The position numbers and the translations under genes were made by a program. This document shows, one piece after another, positions 35,987 through 47,597 of a stretch of DNA of 64,000 nucleotides (its first letter is position 1; every line of letters begins with the position of its first letter). The notes under the pieces are model-generated. The model was not told the origin of the DNA, did not search any database, and worked only from the letters and a program-made list of their open reading frames with translations. The DNA lies in contig JABVCE010000010.1 in NCBI GenBank assembly GCA_014905635.1, positions 372,001 to 436,000 on the forward strand. The letters run 5' to 3'. This DNA comes from Scenedesmus sp. PABB004 (lineage: Eukaryota).

Positions 35987-36918
35987 ATGGGCGCCGGCAG
36001 CGACCAGGAGGAGGACGAGCCGCCGCTCGAGGGGGCCGTGGGGCTGCTGCTGCCGCCGCCGGGCGGCGCCGACGACCCCGGCCGCGCCGACGCGGTCGCG
36101 CGGGTGCTGAACCGCCGCCTGCTGCCCATCTTTTTGGTCATGTCCACGCTCTGCTACATTGACAGAACCAACACGTGCGCGCGCAGCGGCGGCGGCGGCG
36201 GCCGGCCTCCCCCGACGCGCCGCGCCGCGCCCGCTCACGGCCGCCTGCGCCCGCCGCAGCGCGTTTGCGAGCCTCCAGATGAATCGAGACCTCGGCTTCT
36301 CGCCCAGCGTGTACGGCCTTGGCAGCGGACTGTTTTTCGTAGGCTACTCGCTCTCGATGGTGCCCAGCCAGCTCGTGCTGGTGCGCGTCGGCGCGCCGCG
36401 CTGGCTCGCAATCATCGTGACCGGCTGGGGCCTGACGGCGATGGCCTTTTCGCTCATGCAGACCAAGTGCGCGCACGGCGGCGCCGCGCCGCGCGCCGCG
36501 CGCACGGCGGCGCCGCGCGGCTGCGCGGCCGCGCCCGACGCGCGCGCGCGCGCGCGCGGCCGGCCTAGAAAGAGGGCGCCGCCGCCACGTGCGTGACGCA
36601 GGGCGCAGTTCTGGGCGCTGCGCGTCATCCTGGGCGTGTTTGAGTCGGGCGCCTTCCCCGGTGCGCCCAGCGGCGGGCCCCGCCCGCAGCGCCGCGCCCC
36701 CGCGCGCCACCCCTGCCGCCGCCCAGGCCTTCCGCCGCCGCCGCCGCGCAGCGATGTGGCACTGCCTCAACTCCTTTTACCCGCCCGGCGCCATCACGCT
36801 TCCCTATTCGCTCATCGAGGCCGCGGTGGGCCTGGCCAACGTCGTGGGCGCGCCGCTCGCCGCCGGGCTGCTGCTGATGGACGGCGCGCGCGGCTGGGCG
36901 GGCTGGCGGTGCGGCGCG

Positions 36919-36953
<35 letters not shown>

Positions 36954-36960
36954 CGCGCCT

Positions 36961-36995
<35 letters not shown>

Positions 36996-38100
36996 TGCGC
37001 CTGCGCCTGCGCCTGCGCCTGCGCCTGCGCCTGCGCCTGCGCCTGCGCCTGCGCCTGCGCCTGCGCCTGAGCCTGCGGGGGTGCGGCCGGCCGGCCGGGG
37101 CGCTTGTTCGGCAGCGCGCTTGTTCGGCAGCGCGCGCGAGCCCCGACGCCGCCATCGCCGCCGCCGCCGCCGCCGCTGCAGGTGGCTGTTCCTGCTGGAG
37201 GGCCTGCCCAGCGTGGCGACGGGGCTGGCCATGCTCTACGTGCTTCCCCGCAACGTCGAATCGGCACGCTGGCTCTCGCGCGACGACCGCGCCTGGCTCA
37301 CGGCGGTGCACGCGACGGGGCGCAAGCACGCGGCCGAGGGCGCGGCGCGCGGCGCGTGGTCGCTGCTGGCCGAGGCGGCGGCCGACCACCGCATCTGGGC
37401 CATCGGCACCGCCGCGCTGCTAAAGAACATGGCCATGGTCGGGCTGCTCTTCTGGGCGCCCGCGATCGTCAACGCCATACTCAAGGGCGGCGGCGCGGTC
37501 GACCTCGCCGCGCCCGGCGCGGGCGGCGCCGCCCACCACCACGGGCGGCGCGTCGCGGGCTGGTGGTGGGCGCGCGCGCCGCCGCCGCCGCCGCCAAACC
37601 CCGCCGCGAGCGCGCCGGGCGACCGCGGCGTCGCGGCGGTGCTGCTCACCGGCGTGCCGTTCATCGTCGCCGCGGCCGCCGCGGTGGCGCTGGGCGCGCT
37701 CTCCCAGCGCCGCCGCGAGCGCTGCCGCCACGTCGCGCTGCCGTACGCGGCCGCGGCGACGCTGCTCGTCGCGTTCCCGTTTGCGGCGCTCGCCAGCGGC
37801 GCGGCGGGCGCGTTTGCGTGTCTCGTCGCCGCGATCGCGGCGCTGACCGCCCCCAACGCGCTCGTCAACAGCCTCGCCGCGTCGGCGAGCGCGGGGCCCG
37901 CGAGCGCGGTGTCGCTCGCCCTCTACAACGCCGTCGGCAACCTGGGCGGCCTGCTCGGGCCGTGGCTCATCGGCGCCGTCGTCGCGGCGCGCGGGTCGGC
38001 GGGCCTCGCGCTGCAGGCGCTCGGCCTCTGCGTCGCCGCCGCGGGCGCGATGGTCAACTGGTGGTTCAGGCGCTGGGGCCTCGACCCCGGAGTCGCGTGA
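35987..38100 (+). CDS. MFS transporter, anion:cation symporter family (tartrate/nicotinate/allantoate-permease-like, 6 exons)
   Basis: RRLLPIFLVMSTLCYIDRTN, MNRDLGFSPSVYGLGSGLFFVGY, RVGAPRWLA, LRVILGVFESGAFP, GWAGWRWLFLLEGLPS, NAVGNLGGLLGPWLIG. Confidence 0.88.
36919..37068. repeat. Hexanucleotide microsatellite (GCGCCY)n, intronic
   Basis: About 25 tandem gcgccc/gcgcct units inside an MFS intron. Confidence 0.9.
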
Positions 38101-39080
38101 GCGGGGTGAGGACGCGAGCCGTGAACGCGCGAGCCGCCGCCGCCGGGCAGATCTGTGTGTGCGGGCAGCACCTGGCCGAGCTGTGTGCGGCTGCAGCAGC
38201 TGTGGAGCAGCCGGGGCCAGCCCTGGTTGGGCAGCTGCCGGCACCGGCACGTCGGGCGCGGCGCGCGCACCGCTGCCGCCGCCGCCGAGCTTTCCAGCTG
38301 CGCCCCAGCTGCGGCGCTAGCTGCCGGCGGGGCGGCCAGGGGCGCGGCCGCGCGTGCGCGCCGGCAGCCAGGCTGGCGCGGCGGACCGCGGCGCGCGGCA
38401 CGCGCGCTTGCGCGTGCGCGCTCCAGCGATCGCGCGCTGCCGTCGCGCTGGCGGCTGGTGACGAGGAGAGGAGAGTCCGGCGCGACAGCCGGCTGCGCGC
38501 GCAGGGCGCCAGGGCGCGGCAGCCCGGGCGGCGCGCCTGTCGGCCGCGCGCGCTCCCCGCCCGCGCCACTGTGCGCCCCGATTGCACGCAACGCGTCCAA
38601 GCCAGTGATTGAGCGAAGCCGAACACCCCACTCGCCACGCGCCCAGCCGGCCTACCCGCTCTCCAGCAGCGCCGCCGGGCTGCGCAGGCGCGCGCTCTGC
38701 GACGGGAGCTGCTCCCCGCTGCAGACCGGACCGCCAGGTGGGCACGCGGCTGGCCCGGCGCGCGGGACCCCGCCCGGCCCGCCCTCCCTCGCCCGCGCGC
38801 GAGCCTGCGCCGCACCGCGCCCGCGCGGCGTGATCCCTGGCAGGTCCCGCGCCGGGACGAGCCCGCGGGGCGGCGAGCGGCGCGCCCCTCACCCCGCGCT
38901 GCCCGGCCCCGGCGCTCGCAGGCCCGCTCCCCGGCGCGGTGCGGCCGCCGGACCGCGCGGCGCTGGGCCTCGGAGCGGCCAAGCGCGCGGCCGCAGCGCT
39001 CACGCCGGGGCGGGGGCAGGCGGCGGCGCGGCGCGCTCCGGCGGAGCGCGGCGTCGGCGCTGCTGCGGTGGCGGGCGTCG

Positions 39081-39865
39081 ATGCCGCGCCTCAGGCAGCA
39101 CCCCCACCCCGGGGAAGACGGCCCCGCGCCCTGGGGCAGCAGCAGCAGCAGGAGCAGCTGCAGCAGCAGCGCCTGGAGCGGCAGCAGCGCCTGGCGCGGC
39201 AGCGGTAGCTGCGGCAGCGGCCGGCCGCGGCGGCGCGGCGCCGCGCCGGCGCCGCGGCTGGCGCTGCTCCTCCTGCTCGTCGCGGCGGCGCTGGCGCCGC
39301 GCCCGGGCGACGCCGCGGCGCAGCAGCCGTGCATCGAGTGCGACCAGTGCCTGACCGCGAGCTGCCAGCGCATCTGCTCGCCCTCGTGCCGCACCGGCCG
39401 CGCGGCGGGCGGCGGCGGCGGCGTGATGATGAACGGCGACCGCTGCCGCGCGATGGGCGAGGACGCGGCCGACCAGGTCGCCGACGCGGCCTGCCGCACC
39501 ATCCAGGCGCGCGCCGCGCGCGGGGCGCGGCGCTGCGCCCAAACGCGCCGCGCGGGGGTCGGCGCGCGGTGCGGCGGCGGCCGCGCGGCGCCGCCGCCCA
39601 CGCCGCGCGTGCGCCGCCCGCACCGCAGGCCGCCTGCAACGCCGGCACCAAGTCGCCGCTCGCGTTCCAGAGCTCGGGCCCCGTGTCGGCGAGCGAGTGC
39701 GGCAGCATCGCCAACGGCGCGTGCCAGCGCGCCGCGCTCGGCAGCACCAACACGCCGTGCGGCGTGTACCTATATTTCGGCTTCCGCAGCTGCAGCGGCC
39801 GCCAGTTCAGTGACATGTACAAGGGCCGCGTCGTCACGCTCTGCCGCGGCGCGACAAACCTGTGA
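39081..39865 (+). CDS. Small secreted Cys-rich protein (2 exons, GC-AG intron)
   Basis: Hydrophobic RLALLLLLVAAALAPRPGDAAAQ is followed by PCIECDQCLTASCQRICSPSC...CRTIQ|AACN...ECGSIANGACQ...PCGVYLYFGFRSCSGRQFSDMYKGRVVTLC. Start codon uncertain. Confidence 0.65.
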
Positions 39866-40626
39866 GCGCCAGCGCGCGGCCGCGCGCCGCGCCTCGGGCG
39901 TCGGCGCCGGCGCGGCGCCGGCGCCGCAGGGAGCGGCCCCGCGCGCGCGCGAGAGAGAGAGCAGCAGCGCCGCGGCCCCGACCTGGTTGGCGGCCGCACG
40001 GAACGACGGCGACGCTGGCGGCACTGGGGCACTGACGGGCACTGGCGCGGGGGTGTTGTTGATGCTGCGGCGGCGGCAGCTTGCAGCAGCGCGGCGGCGC
40101 GCGCCGCCGCCCGGTTTTGCACGCACACGCAGCGGCGCACAGCAGGTTGGCCGGGCATTGCTCGCAGGGGGCGGGGATTTGCAAAGGAACGGCCCTGATT
40201 TACACGCGCCAACCGCGCTCCACACATATCTCGCTGCGCTCGCTCGCTCGGGACAGGCCGGCGCACGCCCGTGTCGCAGGGCGTCGCACGCTCGCTCTCG
40301 CTCGCCCAGGCCACGCCCTGCCCCGCTCGCTGCGCAGCAGCAACAGCACGCGGGGCCAGCGGCCGTGCTGCGCCTGCTGCGCCCCGCCCGCCCGCCAGCA
40401 ACGCAGCACGCGCTGCCCGGGGCAAACAGAGAAGGCTCAATGCAAGTGCTGCGGCCCGCCGGCTCGCGTGCGACGCGCGGCGGGCAGCCTGCTGAGCTGA
40501 GCTGCCCAATTGCTGCCTGCCGACCCGCCCGCGCCGCCGCGCCGCCAGCCGGGCGCGCGCGCGGGTGGATGATGCCGCCGCGCAGGGCCGCCGGCCGGCC
40601 CGCGCTGCCCCCGCCCAGCTCGCCGC

Positions 40627-41766
40627 TCAGCTCGCCAGGACGCGCACTGGCACGCCGGCGGGCAGCGCCTCGGCGGCGGGCGCCTCGCGCGGCGCGAATA
40701 TCTGGGGCAGCACCTCTGGCAGCTGCGTGAAGCTCGCGATCACGAGGTCGGCGCCCTCGTGGTGGTGCGGGTGGTGCCCCGGCGATGCCGCGAGGCTGGG
40801 CGAGACGAGGACCGAGAAGATGCCGACCTCCTTGGCCGCCGCGACGTTGCGCGGCGAGTCGTCGACAAAGATTGTGCTGCTCGCGCGCGCGCCGAGCTGC
40901 GCCAGCACCAGCTCGTACACCTGGCGGCGCGGGCGGCGCGGCGCCGGTGCGCGCGCGAGTGGGGGCATGCGCACAGCGGCGGAGCGCTCGCGTGCGCGGG
41001 AGGGGCCGCCCAGATGCGGGGCGGGCCCGTCCGGCCGGCCGCGACGCACCTGCTTGGCGGGCTTGCACATCACAGGCGCTTCTGCGCTGAGCGCGCCCTT
41101 GGCGGCGGCCAGCTCCATCACGCTCTCGAAGCACCACACGCTCTGCGCGGCGGCCCGGCCACGCGGCGGCCGCTGAGCCAGGCGCGCGGCGGCGGCGCCG
41201 TCGCCGCCTCCCTGCCGCCGCCCCTGCCGCCGCCGCCCCTGCCGCTGCCGCCCGGGGCGCGCCTGGAAGCAGTCGGCAAGGCCCATGCGCTCGAGGCAGG
41301 CCGCCGTGTGCGCGGCGTCTGCGTTGGTGAGGATGTGGCGCTGCAGGTTGAGGTCGAGCAGCACCTGCCGCGTCGCGGGCTGCGGGGACAGCAGGCGGGC
41401 GTAGTCGAGGCTGCCGTGCACCTCCGCGTGCCAGTGGTCCCAGTCGAGCGCGTGCCCCGTCGCGGCGAGGCCCGCCATCGTCGTGCCGTGCGCCGCGTAA
41501 AGCTCCGCGGTGAGCGCCGCCGCGGCCTCCGCCGGCACGCCCAGGTGCCGCACGATGTACGCTGCAGGCGGTGGCGGCGGGCCGGTCAGGTCAGGGCGGG
41601 TCGGCCAGGGCGTGCGGCCCGCCCGCGGCGCCGCCGCACCCGTGATGTTGGCCCGCACGGTGGCGGGGATCTCGTCGTTGCGGTAGAGCGTGTCGTCGAG
41701 GTCTATGAGGATGGTGTCAAACTCGCGGCCGTGCGGGAAGAGCGGCGCGCCGCTGAGCTGCTGCAT
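40627..41766 (-). CDS. HAD-superfamily pyrimidine 5'-nucleotidase (SDT1-like, 4 exons)
   Basis: Motif I ILIDLDDTLY; LYAAHGTTMAGL; ILTNADAAH; MCKP; IFVDDSPRNVAAAKEVG. Confidence 0.88.
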   Translation of the reverse strand: MQQLSGAPLFPHGREFDTILIDLDDTLYRNDEIPATVRANITGAAAPRAGRTPWPTRPDLTGPPPPPAAYIVRHLGVPAEAAAALTAELYAAHGTTMAGLAATGHALDWDHWHAEVHGSLDYARLLSPQPATRQVLLDLNLQRHILTNADAAHTAACLERMGLADCFQARPGRQRQGRRRQGRRQGGGDGAAAARLAQRPPRGRAAAQSVWCFESVMELAAAKGALSAEAPVMCKPAKQVRRGRPDGPAPHLGGPSRARERSAAVRMPPLARAPAPRRPRRQVYELVLAQLGARASSTIFVDDSPRNVAAAKEVGIFSVLVSPSLAASPGHHPHHHEGADLVIASFTQLPEVLPQIFAPREAPAAEALPAGVPVRVLAS

Positions 41767-42310
41767 TGGGCCGGTGCGGCGGCGCCTGCGCGGGGGCGGG
41801 GGCGCCTTAGGGGCAGCGGTCGTGGCGCAGCCCGCCCGGCGGCGGGCGGCGGCGCGCTTGCTGCGGCGCTCACACCGCGCGGCGGAGCAGCGCCGCGCGC
41901 GCGGCGGCGGGCAGCGATTTGGACCCCGCCGCGCCGCTCACCGGCTCTGAAGAGCGAGACCGCGTGTGACGCCTGCGCGCGAGCCGGCGCCGGGCTGCTG
42001 GGCCGCGGAGCTGGGAGGACCTGACCGCGCTCGACCGCCGCGGCCGACCGCTGCGCACTGGAGGTGCGCTAGGTACCGGTGGTGCTGCGTGAGCCGCACG
42101 CCACGGGCGCCGGGCTGCCCTGCTGCCGCTGGAGCGAATGAGCTGCTGTGCTGCTTGCAAGATGCTCAGCACCTCGCTGCTGCAACGATTGCGGTGTGTC
42201 TGGAGACTGTGTGGACGCACGAGAGCGGGCGCAGCGGCTTCAGCGCCCGCGGCGCGGCAGGACACGCCCCCCGCCACTGACGACGCGTCGTTGCCTGCTC
42301 AGCCGCTGGC

Positions 42311-42766
42311 TCACCCGCCGCCCGAGCCGCCGCCGCCATCCTTGCCGCCGCCCAGGGCCTCCAGCAGCGCGGGCGGCGGCGCCTGGCCGCGCGTGGCATA
42401 GTGCTCCAGCACCCTCTCGCGCAGCTCGGCCGCGCGCGCGGCGCGCTCCTCGCGCCCCTCCTCCCACGCCGCCGCCTCGGCCTGCGTCACGCTGGACGGA
42501 GCGCGTGGCGGGAGCGGAGCGGAATGGGGCGCGGCGCGTGAGCAGCGGCGCGAGCGCACGGGCCGCGCGCGCTGGCCTGGCGCGCCACCGGCCTGGCGGC
42601 CCCTGCGCTGAGCGCCGCTCCCCGGCGCTGCTGGCGGCGGCAACAGGCGGCAGGCCGGCCCGCACATGCTGTAGAAGCCGGTCTTGATCATGAACAGCTC
42701 GATGCCAGCGCCGACGGCAAAGCACGCGACCGCGAGCTGCGCGTAAAAGCCCCGCGTCAGCGCCAT
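42311..42766 (-). CDS. Small single-TM protein, UPF0640/SMIM4-like (2 exons)
   Basis: MALTRGFYAQLAVACFAVGAGIELFMIKTGFYSI|VTQAEAAAWEE; the GAxxELFMIKTGFY motif resembles small mitochondrial membrane proteins of this family. Confidence 0.55.
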   Translation of the reverse strand: MALTRGFYAQLAVACFAVGAGIELFMIKTGFYSMCGPACRLLPPPAAPGSGAQRRGRQAGGAPGQRARPVRSRRCSRAAPHSAPLPPRAPSSVTQAEAAAWEEGREERAARAAELRERVLEHYATRGQAPPPALLEALGGGKDGGGGSGGG

Positions 42767-43228
42767 GGCGCGCGCCAGGGCGGGGCCCTGCCGCCGGGCA
42801 GCGCCCCTGGCCAGGCCCGGCGGCCTGGCCGGGCCGCGGACCCGACGCCGCGAGAGGCCGGCGCTGCTGCCCGTCAGCTGTCGCCGCTCCTGCCGCCGCC
42901 GCACGTGCTCGGGGTGGTTCGAGGGAGTGAGAGAGCCGTCCTCTACGGGTGTGCACGGCGCGGGGGGCGGGCGGGCGTGTGGGGAGGCGCGCGTGGCAGG
43001 GCGGAAAGTCGTGGTGCCGCCGCTGCTTGCGGTTCACCGGTTCTGGGGGCCAGGCGGGCGTGTGATGGGCCCTGGCAGCGCTCCCAGAGAAGCACTAATC
43101 TCGCCCGCGACGACCGCGCCGTGCCGCGCCGCCGAAGCAGCCGGCCCCCGCGCGCCGCACGCCCGGCAGCGGCGCGCGCCCGCCGCTGCCATGCGCCGCT
43201 AGGCCGGGCGCCGCGAGGCTCGGCGCTC

Positions 43229-44159
43229 ATGGTGAATGCGCTGTATGCTGCCGGCGTGCTCTGCACAGTTCTGGCCGGCGTGGCGCTCGCGGTGCAGGTG
43301 CTCGGCGGGCGGCGCGCGGGCGCCGCTGCTGCGCGCCGCAGCGACGGCCGCTGCCGCCGCCGGCTTAGCCGCCCCACGTGGACCGCGCCGCCGCCGCCAC
43401 TGTCACCGCCGGCAGACCGGCACCAACGCCACGCTCGCGGCGGTCGCGGGCAGCCGCCCGTTCTCGGCGGTCGTCTCGTTCGCCGTCGGCACTGCCGCAT
43501 GCGCAGTGTACTTTGCGGTCGACTGCCTCGCGCTCCGGCACGCGCCGCCGACGGCGCCCGGCATCGCGGCCGCGCCGTGGTGGAGCTGGGCGGGCGGCCT
43601 CCTGGGAGCGTACTACGTCGTCGTGGTCATCATCTTTGCGCAGGTCGGCTTGCGGCGGAGCGCCGGCGGCAGCGGGGAGCGGTCGCGGGCAGCCACCGCC
43701 GCGGGCGCACGGCGCGGCGTTCGAGCGGCGCGCCCGCGCGGCTGGGCCACGCCGCCGCTTGCCGCCGCGCCGCCGCCGCAGGCGCTCGGCGCGGGCACGC
43801 TCGTGAGCGTGTTTGTCACCGCCCAGCTCGCGACGTCGGTCGCCCTGGACCTGGCGGGCCTCGCCGGCTTTTCGCGCCGCGCCGTGAGCTGGCCGCGCCT
43901 GCTGGGCGTGGGGCTCATGGTCGCGGGGGTCGTGCTCGTCACGCGCTGGCCGGGCGCGCTGCTCGCGCCGTCGGAGCTGCAGCTGCGCGGCGCGAGCGTC
44001 AGCGGCGAGAGCCGGCGCACGCTGCTCGCGCCGTCGGCGGTGCAGCTCGCGGGCGGCGGCGGCAGCAGCAGCGGCGGGGCGCGCGGCGCGTGGCGGCAGC
44101 CGCTCGGCGCGTGGCGGCCGCCAGCGCAGGGGGGCGCCGGCGCGGGCGCGCCTGACTGA
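43229..44159 (+). CDS. DMT-superfamily transporter, YdcZ/DUF606-like (3 exons)
   Basis: LAGVALAVQ|TGTNATLA, SFAVGT, PWWSWAGGLLGAYYV, LGAGTLVSVFVTAQLATSVALD, RLLGVGLMVAGVVLV. Confidence 0.85.
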
Positions 44160-44489
44160 GCGGCGCGCCCGGCGGCGCGGCCCGCTGAGCCCCGCCGCGT
44201 GACAAGCGCGCCGGCGCGTGGGTAATCCTGCGCCTTCCGCGCTCGGGCACGCACTCGACAGCACCGCGAGGACCCCACCAGCAGGCGCGCCCGCCCCCGC
44301 GGCCGCCTAGCGTGCGCCGACTCGAATCACGCGGCCGGCGCCGCGCCCGCAGCGCCCGCCCGCGCGTCCACCGAGCGTTTCGAGCTCCGGGAGCCGTCCG
44401 AGCGAGGCCTGGGCGCTCGCCACGAGCGGGCCGCGCTGCGACAGCGCACCGCGCCGTGTCGCCGCCGCGCGCCGCGCCGAGCAGCGACG

Positions 44490-47152
44490 ATGCCGCCCCT
44501 GCGAGGAGCCTCACTGATCGGCGCCCTGCTGCTCCTCGCCGCCGCCGCGGCGCCACCGGCCGCCGCGTGTGAGCGCTGCGTGCGCCGCGCCGCCGCTGCG
44601 CGTGCCGCGCCGCCGCCGCCGGCGCCCGCAGCGCGCAGCTGCTGACGCGGGCCGCGCCGCCGCCAGTGCCGCACTTCATGGGAGCCAACGCGTACTGGAT
44701 GCCCTCCTCGGCCGCCGCGGGCGACACCGGCGCGGTGGACAGCGTGCTCGATGGCCTGCAGCGCCTGGGACTGACCGTCGTGCGCACGTGGGCGTTTGGC
44801 GACGGCTTCCCCGCGGCGCCGGGGGAGTACGACGAGGCGCAGGCGCGGCGGCGGCGGCGGCGGGGCAGCGCCGGGGTTAACTTGCGCCGCGCCGCCGCCC
44901 CGCCCGCTGGCGCCGCCGGCTGTACTGACGGCCAGCCGTCACCCCCAGGCTGCGCGAGCGGCGGCTGAGTGGCTCGGCCCTCGCGCGGCGCCGCGCCGCG
45001 CCGCGCCGCGCCGTGCCACGGCAGGGCCGCGGGCTCGACTACGTCGTGGCCGGCGCCGCGCGGCGCGGCCTGCGCGTCGTCCTCGCGCTCGGCAACTTCT
45101 GGCCGGCGTACGTCGGCCCCGAGCGCTGGCTCGCGTGGGCCGAGGGCAGCGCCGAGGGCAAGACCGTTGCCGACTTCTACGCGTGCGCCACCGCCGCTGG
45201 CCGTGTCGCTGGCTGCGGCGCCCGCGCCCCGGCGCCGCGCGCGGCGTCGCGCCGAGGCGGCGGCCCGCCCGCGCCCGCGCCCCCACGCCGCGCGCAGGAG
45301 CGGCCGCGCGGCGGCGCTGTTCGAGGCGCACATGCGCAGCGTGACGGCGCGCGTGAGCACGGTCAGCGGCGTCGCGTTGCGGGACGAGCCGGCGGTCATG
45401 GGGTATGACATCCTCAACGAACCCAGGTGCGCGCCGCATGCGCCCACGGCGCCCAGGCGGCGGGCGGGGGCGGGCGCGGCGCGGTGCTGGCCGGCGGCCC
45501 GCGCGCGGCCGCGCGCCGCGCCGCAGCGCCGCCAGACGGCCCCGCGCCGCGCAGGTGCCCCGGCTGCGACGCCCGGGGCATCGCGGCGCGCGACGCGTGG
45601 CTGCGGCGCATGGTGGAGGCGCTGCGCGCCGCGGCGCCGGGGCAGCTGATTTTCAGCGGGACGGAGGGCTATTTCGCGCCCGGCGACCCCCGCGCGGCGT
45701 ACAACCCCGGCGCAGGTGCAGGCCTGCGCGGCGCACGGCGCGGCGCGCGGCGCGGCGCGCGGGCCCGAGCGCCGCCGCGGCGCCGCCCCGGGCCCGCTCC
45801 GCAGGCGGGCAGTGCGAGGGCGAGCACTGGTCGCAGGAGGTGGCCTACGCTGACGTCGCGACCGTGCACATCTACTACAGGCGCGCGCGCCCCATGGGGC
45901 AGTGGCCACTGCCGCCCCGCCGCCGCCACCCCGCCTGGCCGCGGCCGCGCCGCGGCGCGCCACCCGGCCGCGCCGCGCGCGACACCGCCGCGCTGCGCCG
46001 CCGCGGCGCCGCGGCAGGCAGCTCGAGTCGCTCGCGCACCTGGGCTGGTCAAAGCCCGGGTTTGACGCCTACGCTGCCTTCCTCGCGGCCAAGCTGCGAC
46101 TCTACGACGACGACGCGCGCGCGGCGGGCAAGTGCGTGGCGCGCCGGCGGGCGGGCGCCTGGCGGCGGGCGCCGGCCCCGCCAGCTGGCCTGCAGGGGGT
46201 GCCGCGCCAGGCCCGCGCGCGCGCAGGCGGCGCCCCGCGCGCCCCGCCAACCCCGCCCGCACCGCCCCGCCCCCGCCCCCGACCGCGCCAGGGAGCTGGT
46301 GATCGAGGAGGTGCGTGCGGCTGGCCGCGTGTGGGCTGCGCGGCACGCGGCGCGCCGGCCGCGCCGGCCGCGCCCGTGAGCGCCGCCCGACCGGCGCGCC
46401 GCCGCGCGCAGTTTGGCCTGTCGCGGCGCTTCTTCGGCGAGGAGGAACGCAAGGCGCGCGCGCGCGCGCCGCGGTCTGGCCCGCCCCACCATGCCTCGCC
46501 TCACGCGCGTGCGGCCCCGTGAGCGTCGCCGCCGCCGCCGCCATCGCCGCAGGTGGTGTTTGCCATCGTCGGCGCCGCGCTCGTCGCGGCCAAGCAGCGC
46601 GGCGGCAACCTGCGCGGCGCGCTCATCTGGAACGCCGCGCACCCGGGTGCGCCCGCCGCCGCGCGCCGCTGCTGGCCAGCCATGGCGCCGCGACCGCGTG
46701 CTCCCCCTGCCGCGGCGGTCAGCACCACCGCCGCGGCTGCCCGCCGCCGCCGCCGCCGCCGCTGCGCAGGGCAGCCGGACGTGGGTGGCTACAACGTGGA
46801 CGTCACGCGCCCGCCCAGCGCTGGCGCGGCCGCCAGCCTCGGCGCCCGCCTGCGCGGCGGCGGCGGCGGAGGCGGCGGCGGCAGCGGCCCGCGCCCCAGC
46901 CCGCGCCCCAGCCCGAGCCCGCAGTTTGGGCGGCGCCTCGCGCAGCTCGTCGTCACGCCGGGGGACGACGTCCTGGACGCGTTCCGCCGCGGCCCCGCGC
47001 GCGAGGCGTGTGCGGCGGCCGCGGCCGGCAGCTGGGCCCTGGCCCCCGACGCGCGCGGCGGCGGGCCCGACGTCGGCGCGCTGCGCGCCGCGGTCGCGGG
47101 GGTGGACGTGGTGGACGTGATCGCCCAGGTCACGCGCGCGCTCGCCGCCTGA
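44490..47152 (+). CDS. Secreted GH5 endo-beta-1,4-mannanase-like glycoside hydrolase (~11 exons)
   Basis: Signal peptide; FMGANAYW, GLTVVRTWAFGDG, GLDYVV, LRDEPAVMGYDILNEPRC (acid/base Glu), TVHIY, ELVIEE|FG (nucleophile Glu), GALIWN. Confidence 0.88.
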
Positions 47153-47597
47153 TCAGGGCCCATGAGCCCGGCCCGCCCCGGCCGCGCCACATTGGGCGCG
47201 GGCGCGTGGGGCGCGGGGCGCACGGCGGCAGGACGCGCGCAGGCGTGGGCGGGGCGCATCCAGGTGTGAACGCGGCTGGACAACAACAGCAGGATGGGGC
47301 GGCTGATTGGCGCCTGTGCCCGACTCACGCGTGCATGCCGGCTCCTTTGGTTTTCATGCAGCAGTGAACCCACGCGCGCGCAGTCGTCTGCCGCGCCGCC
47401 ATGCATGTAGTCCCGCAACCAATCAGTCTGCCGGCGCGCGGCGTGGAGGTACCCGCATTTCGTGTCTGCGCACGTGTGTGTGTCGTGTTGGTGGTGGGCA
47501 GCGGCGACCGAGGTTTGGGGGGGCGGCGGCGGAAGCGCTCCGAGAGCTCCAGGCGCTCTTTATTGGGGGGCAAGGGGGTAGACCAGCAGTGGCAGTG

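Noticed and set aside
36919..37068. Tandem arrays as CRISPR or telomere-like repeats (also 10570-10630, 34273-34325, 34500-34625, 54019-54102)
   Set aside because: Simple micro- and minisatellites with no unique spacers, no cas genes and no TTTAGGG-type units.
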